A DNA stretch of 64,000 nucleotides, from positions 64,935-128,934 of the forward strand of contig JBCCAU010000008.1 in NCBI GenBank assembly GCA_039814625.1, in the 5' to 3' direction. The DNA is from Pseudomonadota bacterium. Lineage in GTDB: Bacteria; Pseudomonadota; Alphaproteobacteria; Rhodobacterales; Rhodobacteraceae. Under the pieces are notes generated by a model. That model was not told where the DNA came from. It saw nothing but the letters and a program-made list of their open reading frames with translations, and ran no database searches. Position 1 is the first letter of the stretch, and every line of letters begins with the position of its first letter. Shown in pieces: positions 60,865 through 64,000 of this stretch. The position numbers were made by a program, and so were the translations under genes.

Positions 60865-62097
60865 ATGGTTGAGCATGTCATTTTACATGCTGGAATGCAA
60901 AAAACGGGGTCCACTTCGATCCAACAAAGCTTGATACATTTTGATGATGGTGAGACGTTTTATTGTCCTTTTCCCAACCCCCAGCATGCTGAGTTTTTGC
61001 GTCACGCTTTCATCAGTGAAGAAAAATTGTATGGGGAAGGTCGTGAACGGGATATTTATGGCTATTCTCCCGACACGATTTTTGCTTTGCGCCAGTTCGC
61101 ACAAAGTTTCTTCTTGCGCACGCTTTCAAACAAACGGCGAAAAACTGTTATTTTTAGCAGTGAAGGGCTTTCTTTACGTCCAGATGATATGAAAGCCCGA
61201 TTGATCCAAACGATCAAAAACATGGGATGTAGGGTCACGGTTATCCTTTATTTGCGCGAACCCTTAGGGTTTGCCTCCAGTTCTTTTCAAGAAAGGCTGA
61301 AGGCCAAGAGTTTGAACAGTTTACCCGACAAAATTACGCCGAAATATCGGCAGCAGCTGCGCGTTTTTGACCAGCTGTGCGGAGACGACCGTTTTATTGT
61401 CCGAGAGTTTGGTCGCGAAGCTTTGGTTCGTGGGGACGTCGTAGATGATTTTGCAAAACTAGCTGGAATTGAGTGCAAAACGAAGTTTGAGCACAATGAA
61501 AGTTTAACCTTACCTGCCGTCAAACTGCTCTATTGGTTTAACATAAACGGTCCGAATGCGCGTGCGAACAGGTGGCTTTTCAAAGCCAAGAAGCGAATGG
61601 TTCGTTTTTTGAGATCAGCGTATCGAGACAGTCCCAAAGTTCCAAAGGCCTGGTTCCAGCAACTTGCAGATTTCAGTGATAGCGATTTTGTCTACCGAAG
61701 AACCGGTATTCAATTTAAAACGCCCCGAACCGGAGAACCGTTCGATCTAAACAGGTACTTACAGGATTTAAAGGATGTGGATCCCACACCTCTGCGACAT
61801 TTCCTTGACGCTGTAGAGATTGATTGTCCCGCAAAAGCCAGTCTAACGGACCTTCTACTTTGCGTATATGACTATATCAGCCGCGTTCCTGTAAGTGTAA
61901 ACTTTGATCATATGATGCGGCAAAGAAGTATCCCATTCACACCAGACCTGATGTCCAATCCATTGGAGCCGCTGCGCATCACATATCGAGATCGTATGAA
62001 ATGGTTTCAATCTGCCGAACCTGAAATGAGCCTACAAGATCGACGAAAAGCCAGTTTTATGCGTCAATACACGAAGGACCCGGATCTCTATGGTTAA
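60865..62097 (+). CDS. Sulfotransferase-fold protein, paralog of the upstream gene
   Basis: HAGMQKTGSTSIQ and YLREP...ASS.FQE. Confidence 0.72.
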   Translation: MVEHVILHAGMQKTGSTSIQQSLIHFDDGETFYCPFPNPQHAEFLRHAFISEEKLYGEGRERDIYGYSPDTIFALRQFAQSFFLRTLSNKRRKTVIFSSEGLSLRPDDMKARLIQTIKNMGCRVTVILYLREPLGFASSSFQERLKAKSLNSLPDKITPKYRQQLRVFDQLCGDDRFIVREFGREALVRGDVVDDFAKLAGIECKTKFEHNESLTLPAVKLLYWFNINGPNARANRWLFKAKKRMVRFLRSAYRDSPKVPKAWFQQLADFSDSDFVYRRTGIQFKTPRTGEPFDLNRYLQDLKDVDPTPLRHFLDAVEIDCPAKASLTDLLLCVYDYISRVPVSVNFDHMMRQRSIPFTPDLMSNPLEPLRITYRDRMKWFQSAEPEMSLQDRRKASFMRQYTKDPDLYG

Positions 62098-62318
62098 GCA
62101 TCCCATTTTGTTACGCTGAGGTGCGGTGGTCGCGTACGAAGTCAACCACGAAACAAGCAACATGAACCGTCCATTTGAACAAACTTTTTATAGCAACATT
62201 CAAGTCCCTTTTGTTGTCTACATCGATGTTAAAATGATCGCGTTTCAAACGTGACAATGACTAGAACATTCAAAGAACAGGCGTGACGCCTTATCTGGGC
62301 TCTGTTAGACAAAGCGGA

Positions 62319-64000
62319 ATGAGCGGTTTTTCAGAAGATGATGCCTTCGAGGCGGCCAGTCCTCCCTTGTCACAGCGTGCCATGGGCGCGCATTCCTCAC
62401 CCTATATGGAGGGTTTGAACCCAGCGCAGCGCCAAGCTGTTGAAACCTTGCAAGGCCCTGTTTTGATGTTGGCTGGTGCTGGTACGGGTAAGACCAAAGC
62501 GCTGACAACGCGGATTGCGCATTTGTTGTATACAGGGTCCGCGCGGCCCAACGAAATCTTGGCTGTGACCTTTACGAACAAGGCGGCGCGCGAAATGAAA
62601 ATCCGCGTTGGCGGTTTGCTGGGCGAAGGTCGGGTTGAAGGTGTGCCATGGCTGGGCACATTCCATGCGCTTTGTGTGAAACTGTTGCGGCGGCACGCGG
62701 AATTGGTCGGCCTGAAAACGAATTTCACAATTCTGGATACGGATGATCAGACGCGGCTGATGAAGCAGCTGATTGAGGCTGCACGGATCGATACGAAACG
62801 CTGGCCACCGCGCCTGCTGGCATCGATTATTGACGGGTGGAAGAACCGTGCATGGACGCCAGACAAGGTGCCTGCGCATGAAAGCGATAAGTTCAATCAT
62901 CAAGGGATTGAGCTTTATGAACAATATCAGGCGCGTTTGAAGACGTTGAACGCTGCAGATTTTGGAGACCTGCTATTGCATGTTGTGACCATCTTCCAAA
63001 AGCACGAAGATGTGCTGGCGCAATATCAGCGCTGGTTCAAATATATCCTGGTCGACGAATATCAGGACACAAACGTGGCGCAGTATATGTGGCTGCGTTT
63101 GCTAGCGGCGGATCACAAGAATATCTGCTGCGTGGGTGATGATGATCAATCAATCTATGGTTGGCGCGGGGCCGAGGTGGGCAATATCCTGCGGTTCGAA
63201 AAGGATTTTCCAGGCGCGACCGTGATCCGGCTGGAGCAGAATTATCGGTCAACGCCGCATATTCTGGGCGCTGCGTCGGGTGTCATTTCCCATAACTCAG
63301 ATCGATTAGGTAAGACGCTTTGGACCGATCGCAATGATGGGGAAAAGGTGCGCTTGATCGGCCATTGGGATGGCGAAGAAGAGGCGCGCTGGATCGGCGA
63401 AGAGATTGAGTCTTATCAGACTGGAACGCGTGGGTTGGCCCCAAAAGGCCTAGAGGACATTTCGATCCTTGTCCGCGCATCGCATCAAATGCGTGCCTTT
63501 GAAGATCGATTTCTGACGATTGGTTTGCCCTATCGCGTGATCGGCGGGCCTCGGTTCTATGAGCGGATGGAAATCCGTGATGCCATGGCCTATTTCCGCG
63601 TGGCCGTGTCGCCTGAGGATGGGTTGGCGTTCGAGCGGATTGTCAATACGCCGAAACGTGGGATCGGTGATAAAGCCCAACAAACCATCAATATTGCGGC
63701 GCGCGAGGCGGGTGTTTCCCTTCTGGAAGGCGCCAGGATTTGCGTGGCCGAGAAACGCTTGGGCGGCAAAGCCTTGGCCGAGTTGAAAAAACTGGTCGAA
63801 GGGTTTGATCGTTGGGCGGCCATGATCCGGTCGGATATCAGCCATATCGAGGTCGCCGAAGTCATCTTGGAAGAAAGCGGATATACGGATCACTGGAAGA
63901 ATGACAAAACGCCCGAGGCGCCCGGCCGGTTGGAAAACTTGAAAGAGTTGATCAAAGCCTTGGAAGAGTTCGAGAATCTTCAAGGGTTTTTAGAGCATGT
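62319..64000 (+). CDS. uvrD: ATP-dependent DNA helicase UvrD/PcrA, truncated by window end
   Basis: Translated by hand: LNPAQRQAV, AGAGTGKT, TFTNKAAREM, VDEYQDTN, VGDDDQSIYGWRG, NYRS. Confidence 0.95.
   Translation, partial: MSGFSEDDAFEAASPPLSQRAMGAHSSPYMEGLNPAQRQAVETLQGPVLMLAGAGTGKTKALTTRIAHLLYTGSARPNEILAVTFTNKAAREMKIRVGGLLGEGRVEGVPWLGTFHALCVKLLRRHAELVGLKTNFTILDTDDQTRLMKQLIEAARIDTKRWPPRLLASIIDGWKNRAWTPDKVPAHESDKFNHQGIELYEQYQARLKTLNAADFGDLLLHVVTIFQKHEDVLAQYQRWFKYILVDEYQDTNVAQYMWLRLLAADHKNICCVGDDDQSIYGWRGAEVGNILRFEKDFPGATVIRLEQNYRSTPHILGAASGVISHNSDRLGKTLWTDRNDGEKVRLIGHWDGEEEARWIGEEIESYQTGTRGLAPKGLEDISILVRASHQMRAFEDRFLTIGLPYRVIGGPRFYERMEIRDAMAYFRVAVSPEDGLAFERIVNTPKRGIGDKAQQTINIAAREAGVSLLEGARICVAEKRLGGKALAELKKLVEGFDRWAAMIRSDISHIEVAEVILEESGYTDHWKNDKTPEAPGRLENLKELIKALEEFENLQGFLEH

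Noticed and set aside
62305-63983. Minus-strand ORFs at the window end
   Set aside because: Antisense to uvrD, which is absent from the ORF track only because it runs off the window
1-64000. CRISPR array, rRNA or IS transposase
   Set aside because: No regularly spaced repeat-spacer array, rRNA signature or transposase motif seen; the 6.6-6.9 kb repeats are too short and irregular for CRISPR

Overview
Chromosomal window from an alphaproteobacterium, most likely Rhodobacteraceae/Roseobacter group (inferred from the glp, urt/ure and smo gene sets and a Hint_2-type protein). Bases 1 to ~11,090 are the right part of an integrated phage-satellite-like element. It ends at a duplicated tRNA-Thr(UGU) 3' half (att site); its left end is outside the window. 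It carries a tyrosine integrase, an excisionase-like HTH protein, a frameshifted primase-helicase, an iteron-like origin, TerS, and a TerL split into separate ATPase and nuclease genes. No capsid, portal or tail gene is visible. Two opposite-strand cargo slots hold a receiver-domain + helical protein pair and a GIY-YIG nuclease. The rest is metabolic: glycerol uptake and catabolism (glpR/D/ABC/K), a Hint-domain protein, urea transport and urease (urtABCDE, ureDABCEFG), a polyol ABC/dehydrogenase operon, the 4-oxalomesaconate (galBCD) lower pathway, and an uncharacterised secreted three-gene cluster with a multicopper oxidase next to tRNA-Gly. It closes with RidA, three sulfotransferase-like genes flanking pyc, and a truncated uvrD. 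All family assignments come from motif recognition by eye; no database searches were run.
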